Counted from the stretch's first letter, positions 29,450 through 39,596 are shown. The stretch: DNA of 64,000 nucleotides from Gemmatimonadota bacterium (GCA_034521595.1 JAXHMG010000002.1:32001-96000), one strand, 5' to 3'. Notes: a model not told the origin generated them from the sequence alone. Numbers and translations: made by a program.

Positions 29450-30507
29450 AGCTCTTCCTCGACCTCCGTGAAGGCGATCGCGAAGGGACAGATGCCCACC
29501 GGGACGGTCGTCTCGGACGTGTAGTCGGCGTCCAGCCGGTGGACCCTCGCCGGATTCTCACAGTCGGCCTCGAGGGTGTAGACACGCCCCTCCGAATCGA
29601 TCCCGATACCCGACGTGCTCGGCACGCCCCCCGGGGCGACCGCGTCGTCCGGGCCCCGCGCGAAGCTTCCGGTCGCGCTGTTCCAGACGAGCGTGCCGAC
29701 ACCGAACGCGCCCACGTATGCGATCCCGTCGGAGTCCACCGCGAGGGAGCCCGGGAAGTCCCCGAATCCGTCGAAGAAGTCCACCTCCGTACCGGTACCG
29801 GGATCGACCACGGAGAGTGCGCCGTTCGCGGCACCGAAGCTTCCCGATTGGATGACGTACAGGCGCCCGTCCGGCCCGACGGCTCCCGCGCCCGCGTTCT
29901 CTCCGCTCAGCTCGATGGTGTCGAGCACCGCGAGCGTCTCCGCATCGAGCACGGTGATGGTCGAGGGGCCGTCCGGCGAGAATTCCTCCAACTCCCCGTT
30001 CAGCACGTACGCCCGGCCCTCCGCGACCACGACGCCCTGGGGATAGCGGCCGACCGGAATCTCGTCCGCGGCGGTTCCGGCCAGCACGTTCACCGGCGTC
30101 ACCGTGTTGAGGTTCGGGTTCGCGACGAGGACGATCGAATCGTTCACGAACGCGGCCCCGGTCGCGCCCGATCCTTCCGGCAGGCTGACGGTGCGCTCGA
30201 GCTCGGCCGCTTCGAGGTCGACGACCGCCACCGCGGGCACGACCCCGAGCGGCACCGCGGCGTACTCGCCGCGGACGGCCAGGGACACCGGGCTGCCGTC
30301 CGCCCCCAGGCCGACCGTTTCGGTGGACGCGGGGTCCTCGACATCGAAGAGGGTGAGCGCCACGTCCGTGCTGGTCACGACGGCCCCGATCTCGCGGGTC
30401 GAGACCTCCGGCACCTCGGGACCCACCGAATCGTCCGAACAGGCGGGCAACACGGCGAGCAACGCGAGGACGAAGAACGTGGAAACAGATTGCAGATTAC
30501 GATGCAT
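29446..30507 (-). CDS. YncE-type beta-propeller lipoprotein (BtuG-like B12 capture protein)
   Basis: Lipobox LPAC, YVTN-like blades (IPVGRYPQGVV, AYVLNG); lies between btuB and btuF; AAGGAG RBS before 30507 (alternative start 30531). Confidence 0.7.
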   Translation of the reverse strand: MHRNLQSVSTFFVLALLAVLPACSDDSVGPEVPEVSTREIGAVVTSTDVALTLFDVEDPASTETVGLGADGSPVSLAVRGEYAAVPLGVVPAVAVVDLEAAELERTVSLPEGSGATGAAFVNDSIVLVANPNLNTVTPVNVLAGTAADEIPVGRYPQGVVVAEGRAYVLNGELEEFSPDGPSTITVLDAETLAVLDTIELSGENAGAGAVGPDGRLYVIQSGSFGAANGALSVVDPGTGTEVDFFDGFGDFPGSLAVDSDGIAYVGAFGVGTLVWNSATGSFARGPDDAVAPGGVPSTSGIGIDSEGRVYTLEADCENPARVHRLDADYTSETTVPVGICPFAIAFTEVEEEL

Positions 30508-30527
30508 GAGAATGCTCCTTTTGTGGT

Positions 30528-32657
30528 TCATCGGCCGAGTCGCACGGTGAGCCGTGCCGTCCGGCCGGGATCGGGAAAGGCGAAAATCAGCGAGTCTTCG
30601 TGGTCGAAGACCCGGTCCAACTCGACACCGACCTCGAGGTCGCCCAGGGGCGTCGCCCAGCTACGGGCGAGCGCGAGATCGGTGGTCCAGAACGCGGGCA
30701 ACCGGTTGACCCGGTTGGGCACCGGATAGCGGGCGCCCACGTAGTCGGTCGTGATGGCTGCCCGCCAACGGTCCGACGACCATGTGGCGACGGTGCCGCC
30801 GCCCCATTCGGGACGGTACACGACCTGCGTGTCGTCCAGGCCCGGACGGTCGTAGGTCGTGCGGTTCCAACTCACGTGCCCCCGCAGGTCCAACCCGGCG
30901 GATGGTCGTCGCAGGCGCGCGCTCACCTCGGCACCTCTCCGGCGCACGTCCCGGTTGCGTGGGCTCCAGACGAATCGGTAGTCCGGAAGCCAGATGATCA
31001 TCCCCTCGATGTCACCCTGGTACGCTTCGAGCTCGAGCATCGCCATGGTCCCGGAGAGCTCGTGCTCGTAGCTCGCGCCGGCCACCCACTCGGAAGGCAC
31101 GCGCTCGGCTTCGAGGTCCGGATTCGGCTCCACGCCCACGCCCTCTCGGAAGAACTGGTCGCCCAGCGTGGGCGGGCTGAACGAGCTCCGGTGCCCCAGT
31201 CGTGCCCCGAAGCTTCCGCCCGACCACGCGAGGCCGACGTCGTGGCTCACGTACCACCGGGAAGGCAGCCCCGAGCGGTCGAGGCGAGCGGTCGCCGAGA
31301 GCGTGGCTCCGAGGGGCATCGTTCGGGAGCCCGACAGCCACGCGCCCGCGTCCGTGCGACGTACGGTCCCGCGCCCCTCGGCCAGCTGGGTGCTCTCCAC
31401 GCGGAGGTGCGTCAGCGATAGCCCGACCGCGACCCTACCAACCGACCCCGGCCGCCAGGAGCCTTCGATCTCCCCACCGGCGCTCCGCAGCGTGGTACGA
31501 TCGTCGAACGGGTCTCCGAACGGGGGCGCCGAGTCGCGGTGCTCCATCCGCTGGGTCACGAAGTACCCGTTGGTCGAGAGGGCCCGCCGACCGGACGCCT
31601 CCACGTCGAGGGATCCGAAGGCCCGCATCCGCCGGAGCTCCTGACCTCCGGTTCGTGACGGGGCGAAGCTCCGTCCGGGAAGACCGCGCGCCAGCCGCTC
31701 ACCCGCGACGCCGAGTCGAAAGCGCGTGTCCTCACGCTCCCCGACCCACTCCACCCGCGCGTGCTCTCCGTCGGCGTGGGCGTTCTCGCGCGTCGCTTCT
31801 CCCCCTCCGGCTTCTTCCGGCACGTCGAAATCGAACCGACCGTCGAGGCGACGGGCACCGGCCGCGACACGGATGTCCCCCAGCGGGACTCCCTGTTCGT
31901 AGGTCGCGTCGAACGAGCGCTCCCCCAGCGACCCTACGGTCACGCCGGCGCTGCGCTCACCTTCCTCCCGCCCGCCCGTCTCCACCAGGACCACGCCGCC
32001 CTCGGCCCGCGCTCCGTACCGGGCCGAGCGGCCACCCGGCAGCACGTGGATGGCGGACACGCTCCCGGACGGAACGGTCGAGAGGTCGGCCTCGCCCGTG
32101 ATTGGATCGTTGATCGGGACACCGTCGACGAGAACGAGCACGGCATCACCTCCGCTCCCACGGATCGACGGCACCTCCGCCCCACCGCGTCCCCGCGACT
32201 CGACCCGCACCCCGGGGAGACCGTCCACCAGGTCGCCCACCGACCCGCCGGCCAGCGCGTCGAGGTCGGCCGCCCGGAGCGAGCGCGCTCCTTCCGGTGT
32301 GGCATCGACCCGGGCCACCACCCCTTCCACCTCGACCGCTTCGAGGAGCAACTCGACGCGAACGCTCGTGACGGCGCCGTTCTCGATCACGACCGTGCGC
32401 GTCACGGCGGCGTAGCCGGGCGCCCGAACGCTCAGGGTGTAGGAGCCGGGCTCGATTCCGCGGAGACGGAACGCTCCGGCGGCATCGGTCGTCGTGAGGC
32501 TCGGGGAACCCTCGAGCCGGACGTCGGCGGACGGCACGGGACGCCCGGAGAGCACGTCGATGACGTCGCCCCGAAGCTCGCCGGGAAACTGAGCCCCGAC
32601 GCCGGTTGCCGTTACGAGGAGCGCGAAGGCTCCCAAAAGATACGAAAAAACCCGCAC
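30528..32657 (-). CDS. btuB: TonB-dependent receptor, cobalamin
   Basis: Signal peptide, carboxypeptidase-regulatory-like N-domain, plug SIRGSGGDAVLVLVDGVPIN, SARYGA, NPDLEAE, PGRT; first gene behind B12 riboswitch. Confidence 0.85.
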   Translation of the reverse strand: MRVFSYLLGAFALLVTATGVGAQFPGELRGDVIDVLSGRPVPSADVRLEGSPSLTTTDAAGAFRLRGIEPGSYTLSVRAPGYAAVTRTVVIENGAVTSVRVELLLEAVEVEGVVARVDATPEGARSLRAADLDALAGGSVGDLVDGLPGVRVESRGRGGAEVPSIRGSGGDAVLVLVDGVPINDPITGEADLSTVPSGSVSAIHVLPGGRSARYGARAEGGVVLVETGGREEGERSAGVTVGSLGERSFDATYEQGVPLGDIRVAAGARRLDGRFDFDVPEEAGGGEATRENAHADGEHARVEWVGEREDTRFRLGVAGERLARGLPGRSFAPSRTGGQELRRMRAFGSLDVEASGRRALSTNGYFVTQRMEHRDSAPPFGDPFDDRTTLRSAGGEIEGSWRPGSVGRVAVGLSLTHLRVESTQLAEGRGTVRRTDAGAWLSGSRTMPLGATLSATARLDRSGLPSRWYVSHDVGLAWSGGSFGARLGHRSSFSPPTLGDQFFREGVGVEPNPDLEAERVPSEWVAGASYEHELSGTMAMLELEAYQGDIEGMIIWLPDYRFVWSPRNRDVRRRGAEVSARLRRPSAGLDLRGHVSWNRTTYDRPGLDDTQVVYRPEWGGGTVATWSSDRWRAAITTDYVGARYPVPNRVNRLPAFWTTDLALARSWATPLGDLEVGVELDRVFDHEDSLIFAFPDPGRTARLTVRLGR

Positions 32658-32684
32658 GCTTCCCCTCGAAGAGTGCTGAGGAAT

Positions 32685-32847
32685 GCGGGCGTGCAGGTCT
32701 CCTGACTCAGGGCGGCGTTCCCTCACCTTCCCAGGGTGTTCTAACCCCAGTGGCTTCGAGGGGGCCGTTCGGCGCTGCTGCTGCCGAGCCCATTACAGTG
32801 GCGGGGCCGTGCCGGATTCTCACCGGCTTCCGAAATGCTCCGCCCGC
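32685..32847 (-). ncRNA. Cobalamin riboswitch
   Basis: Minus strand: GGAAGCCGGTGAGAATCCGGCACGGCCCCGCCACTGTAA...GCCACTG...GGGAAGG...AGTCAGGAGACCTGC (B12 box), closed by GCGGGCG/CGCCCGC helix. Confidence 0.95.
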
Positions 32848-32869
32848 AAAGTTCTTGTCTGTGAGAGTG

Positions 32870-32899
32870 AACCTACTCTTCCAGTCCCGAAGGCGTCAA
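32870..32899 (-). promoter_or_regulatory. Putative sigma70 promoter of the btu-cob operon
   Basis: TTGACG-N18-TAGGTT on the minus strand, just upstream of the riboswitch. Confidence 0.45.
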
Positions 32900-32913
32900 C
32901 AGGACGGTGGGCC

Positions 32914-33765
32914 TCAGCCCTCGTCTTCGTGGTCGTCCTCGTCGTCGTCCTCGGGATCCGAGTGCGACGCCCCGGCTCCCCTGCGGGCGCGGCTCTCCTG
33001 CGCGTAGTGCGGGCTGTACTCGAGCCCGTATCGGGTGGTCCTCTTCTTCTCGCTCTTCTTCTCGTTGAACTCACCCCGGGCGGCGTTGAGCTCTTCGATC
33101 TCCTCCTCGGTCGCGTCGCGCAGCGTGAAGTCCTCGCGCGGCACGAACAGCACCTGCCCGATGGGGAGCGAGTGCGCGCCGGGCATCCCCTGGCCGGTCT
33201 CCAACACGTATCGGAACTCACTGTGCTGCGGATACCAGTCGGTCTCGACACGCACCGAGAGCGCCGGCGCCTGAGGCCGGTCGATGTGGTTGAGCACGGA
33301 GGTGTAGACCGTGTCCCACCCTTCCGGCGTGTGGAAGTTGTAGGCGCCCCGGAAGGTCACCGCGCCCGGCGGAGTGCCCAGGTCCTCCGGGACGATGAAC
33401 GCGCGGACGATGCGTCGCGCCGCATCCTCGTCGATCGGCGGGTTCTCCACGGCGAAAGCGACTTCGTCCGTCATCTTCCCGATGCTCCCGATCGGAAGCT
33501 GCCACCGCACCGCGAACAGGGGCTCCCACTTCCCCTGCGCATTGGCGAGGAAGTACTTGAACTCGTAGACGCCTTCGCCGTGGTAGTCGACGAAGAACGC
33601 CTCGTGCTTCTCGAGCGGAGGATACACGAGATAGCCGAGCGCGCTTCCCGCCTCGAGCACCGGACAGTGCCGGCTGTGTTGCGGAAGGAGCGGGCGTTGG
33701 CTCTCGCTCTTGGGGCGAAGGCCGACGCCCGGACGGGCCTGGTTGGGATAGATCGTGACTTCCAT
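32914..33765 (-). CDS. DUF6065-like protein
   Basis: HCPVLEAGSALGY, FHTPEGW, VETDWYP, PIGQVLFVPR; acidic tail. Confidence 0.6.
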   Translation of the reverse strand: MEVTIYPNQARPGVGLRPKSESQRPLLPQHSRHCPVLEAGSALGYLVYPPLEKHEAFFVDYHGEGVYEFKYFLANAQGKWEPLFAVRWQLPIGSIGKMTDEVAFAVENPPIDEDAARRIVRAFIVPEDLGTPPGAVTFRGAYNFHTPEGWDTVYTSVLNHIDRPQAPALSVRVETDWYPQHSEFRYVLETGQGMPGAHSLPIGQVLFVPREDFTLRDATEEEIEELNAARGEFNEKKSEKKRTTRYGLEYSPHYAQESRARRGAGASHSDPEDDDEDDHEDEG

Positions 33766-33882
33766 GCCTTGAGTGTCGCAAACCGGGAACGGAATGCGCA
33801 ACCCGGACCGCCCGGAACGTGCTCGACCGATCCGGCAGCGCCGCCGGCCTCGAGGCGTGTCCTCCGGGCAGCCGTCCGGGCC

Positions 33883-34842
33883 TCAGGGAGCGGGGACCCG
33901 CAGGGAGACGAGCGAAACGACCGCCCGCTCGTCGGTCAGCAGGGTCGCCGTTCCCGCCAGCACATTGTGCCAGAAGTGCTGAAAGACGGCCTCCCGCAGG
34001 CTCCACTCGTTCCGGCGCGTCTGCCATCCCGCGTATCCGCCCCAGGCACCGATGATCAACGCATACGGCCCGGCGTCCGGGTGGAGGCTTCCGAAGATCA
34101 GCGCCTGGAGGGTGTTCGCCAGCCAGAATCGGCCTCCGAGCTTTTCCGTCATGAGCGGGAGCAGCCACCCACGGAACGCGGCTTCCTCCCCGACGGCCGC
34201 ATTGAGCGAGAGACTGGACACGTACACGGGATCGTGACGCCGGAAGGGCTCGTACTCCCGGCTCTCGTCCCGGTCGGCGATCACGTATCCGGCCACGAGG
34301 GCGGATTGCGCCAGGCTGAGCCAGGTGGTCCATCGACCGAGAAAGTCGGGGTCGGCAGGCGCCGTCAGCAGGTCGCCGAGCCCCTCGTCGGGGCGGTAGA
34401 ACGCGTAGCGGCCACCGCTCCTTCCGCCCTCGACGGTGCGCCGGAAGCTGTCCCACGCACTCACGAAGCCGGACGTCGCGGCGAGATGCCAACCCTGGCT
34501 CGCCATTTGATCCTGCCACCTCCGCGGGAGGTCGACCTGCGGGTCTCCCCGCGTGCCGAGCCAAAAACCGAACCCGGCTGCCGCCGTGTGTCCCGCCCCC
34601 GCGAGCAACGCGCCGTGCGTGTATTGGCCGAGACCCGGCAACACGACGCTGCCCAGGGGAAGCCAGAACTCGGAAGCACGGGCGCTTTCGAGCAGCTCGG
34701 CCGGCACCGCGCCCCAACCCGGACCTCCGGGGGCTCGATCCGGACCCGGATCCGGCCCGGGCGCCTGAGCCGTCAACGGTACGGCCGGGACGAACAACCA
34801 CGCGACGAACGCTCCGACCCACAGCCTTCGTCCCGAAAGCAT
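33883..34842 (-). CDS. CPBP (Abi/CAAX) intramembrane glutamic protease
   Basis: GEEAAFRG, FGSLH, HFWHN motifs; signal-like N-terminus. Confidence 0.82.
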   Translation of the reverse strand: MLSGRRLWVGAFVAWLFVPAVPLTAQAPGPDPGPDRAPGGPGWGAVPAELLESARASEFWLPLGSVVLPGLGQYTHGALLAGAGHTAAAGFGFWLGTRGDPQVDLPRRWQDQMASQGWHLAATSGFVSAWDSFRRTVEGGRSGGRYAFYRPDEGLGDLLTAPADPDFLGRWTTWLSLAQSALVAGYVIADRDESREYEPFRRHDPVYVSSLSLNAAVGEEAAFRGWLLPLMTEKLGGRFWLANTLQALIFGSLHPDAGPYALIIGAWGGYAGWQTRRNEWSLREAVFQHFWHNVLAGTATLLTDERAVVSLVSLRVPAP

Positions 34843-35026
34843 GCGGCCCGTAGATCCCCGGTTCGACGCGCACCCGCCCGACCGGTTTCTCCCGACTACC
34901 CACCTCTTCATGGCGCCTCCACGCTCCACGGTGCTTCCCGTCCTCCCGCGCCCGCCGAGGAGGTCCGTCAGACCGCCTCGGCCCCCTCGCTCATGCGCTG
35001 CACCGCGAGCGCATCCCGTCTCTCGC

Positions 35027-36757
35027 TCATTGCTGGCACGGCTCGTCGGGATCCGGGATGCGGCCGTCGATCACGAATCGCTCGTCACGGTTCGCTGCCC
35101 TGGTGACCACCCCTCGGATGAACTCCGTCACGCCTCCGAGCTTCTCGTAGTCGACGTACTGCGGCTCGTCGGTGCGCATGTGGTAGTCACGGTGTCCTCC
35201 GGTCGTCATGAACACCACGGGCACGCCGTAGCGCGCGTACATGTAGTGGTCGCTCCGGCAGTAATAGTTCGCCGGATGTCCGTCCGCGTCGTAGGTGTAG
35301 TCGAACGCCATGCCGTGCCCCTCCTCCTCGTTCACGGCTTCGACCAGATCGCCGAGCTCCGAGGAGATGCGGCGGCTGCCGATGAGCTGCAGGTACCCGG
35401 GCCCGCCCATCTCCCGGTCTTCGGCCGTGCCCCTGCCGATCATGTCGACATTCACGGTCGCGATCATGTCCTCCAGCGGCACGGTCGGGTTGTCGGTGTA
35501 GTGTCGGGCTCCCAACAGCCCCCCTTCTTCGGCGGTGTGCCAGACCAGCAGCACGGAGCGCCGCGGCCGCTCCGAGGATTCCGCCAGGACCCGGCCGATC
35601 TCGAGAAGGGCCACGCTCCCGCTACCGTCGTCGTCCGCCCCATTGTCGATGGAATCGAGACGACGCTCGCCCTCCTGGTCCTCCAGAATCCGACGAATAC
35701 GCTCGGCCTCCTCGGCGGTGGGCTCCCGTTCCGGATCCTCCGCACCGCCCGGCCGGACAACCTCCAGGTAGGCCCTGAGGGAGTCGTGATCCACCGGGGG
35801 CGTGGTCAAGCCGGTGTGGTCGCTGTGAGCCGACAAGACCACATGCTCGTCCCGCAGCTCGGGGTCGCTCCCCTCGACTCTCGCGACGACGTTGTAGGTC
35901 GGCACGTCGAGGGGTTCCTCGTCGGGTCCCACGCGGCCCGTGAAGGTCGGGCCTTCGGTCCCGGTCTGGAGCTCGTCCACTCCGGCGCCGAAGACCTGTT
36001 CGACGAACGCCTCGGACACGAACGCCAGGAACGGGCCGTCCCCGTCCGCCCCGGACCCGTCGTCTTCCCCTTCGTCGAGAACGAGCTGCGGCTCGAGGAG
36101 GAAGCCGAGGATGTCCGAAGTGGCGTAGTCGGTCGACGCCATAAGGATCGCCTCCGCACCGGCCAACTTCTGTATGCTCTGGCCGACCAGGCCGAACGCG
36201 CGGCCGTTCGGACCGCGCGCGGCACCGAGGACCACGACCTTGCCGGCCGCGTCTGCGGCCGAGATCTCAGTCGGAGACGCCATGTCGCCGCCGTACACGA
36301 CGGGGATGTCGGTAAAGTCGAGCGACTCCGGCGACCCGAAGTCCTCGAGCACGATGGGCGCGAAGTCGGGACTCACGTCGACGACGCCGAACGGCCCCTC
36401 CAGGCTCGAGGTCATGGCGCGCTGGACCAGGGGGACTTCCTGCAGGTAGGTGCCGTCCTCGCCGGCCGGCTCGAGCCCGTAGGCACGCGCACGCTCCTCG
36501 AGGTAGCGGGCTGCGCGACGGTGCCCCTCGGTGCCGGCTTCCCGTCCCATCATCGAATCGTCCGCGAAGGCGTAGAGCATCGATTCGAGACGATCGACCT
36601 CGACGCCGGACCCGGTGGGCGCCGCGGTCTCGGCGGTCCCCGGCGCGGAAGCGGTCGAGCAGGCCGCCACCACCAACATGGAAAGGACGGCGGCCCACAC
36701 TCCGGCAGCCCCGGAGAGGCCTGTTCTCTTCGCTTCGTTCGTGTCGGTCACGCGCAT
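35027..36757 (-). CDS. M28 family metallopeptidase lipoprotein
   Basis: Lipobox VAAC; DSMMGRE, SAHSDH, NGADDDGSG, TAEEGGLLG, NVDMIGR, RSDH, DYH. Confidence 0.92.
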   Translation of the reverse strand: MRVTDTNEAKRTGLSGAAGVWAAVLSMLVVAACSTASAPGTAETAAPTGSGVEVDRLESMLYAFADDSMMGREAGTEGHRRAARYLEERARAYGLEPAGEDGTYLQEVPLVQRAMTSSLEGPFGVVDVSPDFAPIVLEDFGSPESLDFTDIPVVYGGDMASPTEISAADAAGKVVVLGAARGPNGRAFGLVGQSIQKLAGAEAILMASTDYATSDILGFLLEPQLVLDEGEDDGSGADGDGPFLAFVSEAFVEQVFGAGVDELQTGTEGPTFTGRVGPDEEPLDVPTYNVVARVEGSDPELRDEHVVLSAHSDHTGLTTPPVDHDSLRAYLEVVRPGGAEDPEREPTAEEAERIRRILEDQEGERRLDSIDNGADDDGSGSVALLEIGRVLAESSERPRRSVLLVWHTAEEGGLLGARHYTDNPTVPLEDMIATVNVDMIGRGTAEDREMGGPGYLQLIGSRRISSELGDLVEAVNEEEGHGMAFDYTYDADGHPANYYCRSDHYMYARYGVPVVFMTTGGHRDYHMRTDEPQYVDYEKLGGVTEFIRGVVTRAANRDERFVIDGRIPDPDEPCQQ

Positions 36758-36998
36758 CGCCACCCTTTCCTCGTGGAACGTTCCCGGAGCCGGTCGGACC
36801 CGGGAAGCAGGGATTCCTGTAGTACCATATTCATTTACCGAGGCCCACGCGGCGTGGCCGCGGCACATCGGCAAAGAATAATAAGGACGGGCGCGCACCC
36901 GCCGATACCGCCCGGGTCGTTGGAGTCGACCTCGGTGGCTCGGGCTCCGGGGCGACTGTCCCATGGCATCCACGACTCCAACCCTCCAGGAACCGGCC

Positions 36999-37919
36999 AT
37001 GAACCGGCACGCGATCCTCATGACGCTCGCGACCCTGCTCTTGACGGGGCTCACGCCCACTTCTTCCGAGGCCCAAGCGGTCATGCCCGACAACCCACCC
37101 CCCGCACCGGAAGCACTGGAGAACCGGGACATCGCCCTGGTCACCGGATCGACGAGCGGCCTCGGCAGGGCCGTGGCGCTGGCGCTGGGCGAGCGCGGCT
37201 GGCACGTGATTGTGCACGGCCGCGACCAGGAGCGGGGACGCGAGGTGGTCCGGACCATCGAGGGCGGGCCCGGATCCGCCACGCTCTACCTCGCCGACCT
37301 CGCGTCGGTCGCGGAGGTCCGGCGTCTCGGCGCAGCCCTCCACCGCGATTTCGAAGAGCTCGACGTGCTGGTGAACAACGCCGGCATCTGGCTCACGGGA
37401 GACGATACGCGGCGGACGAGTCAGGACGGCCACGAGCTCTCCTTCCACGTCAACTACCTCTCCGGGTATCAGCTCACGCACGCGCTGCTTCCGCTGCTCG
37501 AGCGCTCGACGCCTTCGCGCATCGTGAACGTTTCGTCGGTGGCGCAGACGGAGATCGACTTCGACGACGTGATGCTCGAGCAGGGCTATACCGGCTCACG
37601 GGCATACGGTCAGAGCAAGCTCGCGCAGATCTTGTTCACGTTCGATCTCGCGGAGGAGTTGGAGGGATCCGGCATCACGGTGAACGCGCTCCACCCCGCG
37701 ACGCTCATGGACACGGACATGGTGCGCGAGGCCGGTGTTCAACCGAGAGCGACGGTGGAGGAGGGCCGAAACGCCGTGCTCCAACTCGTTCTCGAGCCGG
37801 ACATGGGCACGGGCCGGTACTTCGACGGCGAGGAGCCCGCCGAAGCCCATCCCCAGGCATACGACGAAGATGCCCGAGCGCGCCTCCGGTCGCTCAGTGA
37901 GGAGTTGATCGGAGGCTGA
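36999..37919 (+). CDS. SDR family oxidoreductase with signal-peptide-like N-terminus
   Basis: TGSTSGLG, NNAG, NVSS, YGQSK, LHPA. Confidence 0.9.
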   Translation: MNRHAILMTLATLLLTGLTPTSSEAQAVMPDNPPPAPEALENRDIALVTGSTSGLGRAVALALGERGWHVIVHGRDQERGREVVRTIEGGPGSATLYLADLASVAEVRRLGAALHRDFEELDVLVNNAGIWLTGDDTRRTSQDGHELSFHVNYLSGYQLTHALLPLLERSTPSRIVNVSSVAQTEIDFDDVMLEQGYTGSRAYGQSKLAQILFTFDLAEELEGSGITVNALHPATLMDTDMVREAGVQPRATVEEGRNAVLQLVLEPDMGTGRYFDGEEPAEAHPQAYDEDARARLRSLSEELIGG

Positions 37920-37938
37920 AGCCCTTCCGGCGCGCTCC

Positions 37939-38427
37939 CTAAAAGAGCCCGACGAACCACCGCAGCGCGAGCCACCCGACCCACAGCCCGACCGCCACGA
38001 CACCGACCGCGCCCACGAGCACGGCCTGAACGACGCGACGGCTCCGGCGGCGGGCTTCGTCCGGCGCCGCCACGACTTCTTCCAGCAGTGCCAGGTTCCT
38101 GCGGTTCGCCTTCCAGCCCAGGTCGAACAGGTCACCGACGAGCGGAACCATGCCGACGAGCGCGTCGAGCACGACGTTGCCGAGCATCCGGACGAGCACG
38201 GCCGTGCCCCCACCGAGCCGGGCGGCGGAAAACAAGAGGTCGAGGGAGAGCACGAGCGGAAGCCAGTCCCCGAGGCCCGGCACGAGCCCGAGGAACGGAT
38301 CGAGGCCGACCCGTCGCCGGGTGCCGGGGACCCGGAAGAGGTCGTCCAGAACGCGGCTGATCCAGCGGGCCCGCCGCAGCGCCGCGACGGCTTCGGGCGA
38401 AGCTGGCGCGTTCTGTGCATCCTCCAT
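37939..38427 (-). CDS. DUF4112 domain membrane protein
   Basis: LDDLFRVPGT..RVGLDPFLGLVPGLGD, VPLVGDLFDLGWKANRRN. Confidence 0.88.
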   Translation of the reverse strand: MEDAQNAPASPEAVAALRRARWISRVLDDLFRVPGTRRRVGLDPFLGLVPGLGDWLPLVLSLDLLFSAARLGGGTAVLVRMLGNVVLDALVGMVPLVGDLFDLGWKANRRNLALLEEVVAAPDEARRRSRRVVQAVLVGAVGVVAVGLWVGWLALRWFVGLF

Positions 38428-38448
38428 GTAGGTGCAGCTCCCGAGCAC

Positions 38449-38478
38449 GATGTGACCAAGTGGATCGTCGCGGAGTGT
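38449..38478 (+). promoter_or_regulatory. Putative ECF promoter, copy 1
   Basis: GATGTGACC-N15-GAGTGT upstream of DUF4382 gene 1. Confidence 0.75.
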
Positions 38479-38522
38479 CCACGGTGCTACATCCATATCG
38501 ACACACCGAAGGAGAGTAGAGC

Positions 38523-39467
38523 ATGTTCGCACGAAAAACGAGTCGAGCGGCCCTCGCCGCCGCGATCATGGCGATCGGATTCACGGCTTGCGACGACGGA
38601 GGGTTGGGGCCGAGCGGGGACGCCTCGGTTCGGGTGCTCCTGACGGACGCGCCGGTCGATTACGTGAAGACCGCCCGGGTCGACATCGGCGCGGTCGAGA
38701 TCGTGCCGGCCGACGGGGACGGCGATCCGGTTCTCCTCTCCGAAGACGGCACGGACGGGTTCGTGAACCTGCTCGACCTGCAGAACGCGGTCACGCACAC
38801 CCTCGCCGACATCGACATCGAAGCGGGCGACTACAGCCAGCTCCGCCTCATCGTGGAAGCCGCGACCGTCGAGCTGAAGGAAGGCTACGCCTTCAAGGGC
38901 GGCTCGACCGAGCAGGAGCTCTTCGTGCCCAGCGGCGCGCAGACGGGGATCAAGCTCAACCTCTCGCCCGCGGACGGTGGAGAGAACGGTGACGAGAACG
39001 GGGACGAGGAAGACGGCCCCGTGACGATCGCCGACGGTGAGACCGTGCTCGTGGTCGACTTCGACGTGAGCAGGAGCTTCGTCATCCAGGGGAATCCCGA
39101 GACGCCGGCCGGCATCAACGGGATGCTCTTCAAGCCGACGCTCCGCGTGACCGTGCTGACCTCCGCGGGAAGCATCTCGGGAACGGTCACCACGGAGTTG
39201 GAGGACGTCTCGGTGGAAGGTCTCACCGTCGCCGCGGTTCCCGAGGACGCAGGCGATGCCGAGGAGTTCCAGACCCTCGAAGGAACGGCCGTCACGAACG
39301 CCGACGGCGAGTACACCATCCACTTCCTGACCCCGGGGACCTACACCGTGAGCGTCGAGGGTCTCGACGAAGGGCTGACGACGGACCCGGAGAGTGCCAC
39401 CGTGGACCTCGAAGCGGGTGAAGAGGCCGCCGAGGTCGACTTCGAGATCGTCGAGAGCGGCTCGTAG
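38523..39467 (+). CDS. DUF4382 lipoprotein 1
   Basis: AAGGAG RBS; lipobox FTAC; VLLTDAP, NLLDLQN, YSQLRLIV, VPSGAQTGIKL, VDFDVSRSF; C-terminal carboxypeptidase-regulatory-like domain. Confidence 0.88.
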   Translation: MFARKTSRAALAAAIMAIGFTACDDGGLGPSGDASVRVLLTDAPVDYVKTARVDIGAVEIVPADGDGDPVLLSEDGTDGFVNLLDLQNAVTHTLADIDIEAGDYSQLRLIVEAATVELKEGYAFKGGSTEQELFVPSGAQTGIKLNLSPADGGENGDENGDEEDGPVTIADGETVLVVDFDVSRSFVIQGNPETPAGINGMLFKPTLRVTVLTSAGSISGTVTTELEDVSVEGLTVAAVPEDAGDAEEFQTLEGTAVTNADGEYTIHFLTPGTYTVSVEGLDEGLTTDPESATVDLEAGEEAAEVDFEIVESGS

Positions 39468-39508
39468 GGCCGACCCGATCCGACAACGCCCTCCCGAGGG
39501 GGGGACCG

Positions 39509-39544
39509 ACGCCCCGTCCGCGAGTCCGCTCGCGGGCGGGGCGT
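39509..39544 (+). terminator. Stem-loop after DUF4382 gene 1
   Basis: ACGCCCCGTCCGCGAG-TCCG-CTCGCGGGCGGGGCGT, 16-bp stem. Confidence 0.55.
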
Positions 39545-39566
39545 TCGCGTGGCCGGGCAGAACCGC

Positions 39567-39596
39567 GATGTGACCGAATCGGCACCGTCCGAGTGT
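39567..39596 (+). promoter_or_regulatory. Putative ECF promoter, copy 2
   Basis: GATGTGACC-N15-GAGTGT upstream of DUF4382 gene 2 and the sigma gene. Confidence 0.75.

Noticed and set aside
32683-35106. 807-aa + strand ORF across the riboswitch
   Set aside because: Shadow of the riboswitch and two minus-strand genes
34841-37900. 1019-aa + strand ORF
   Set aside because: Antisense to the M28 peptidase and out of frame over the SDR; Arg/Pro-rich with no motifs
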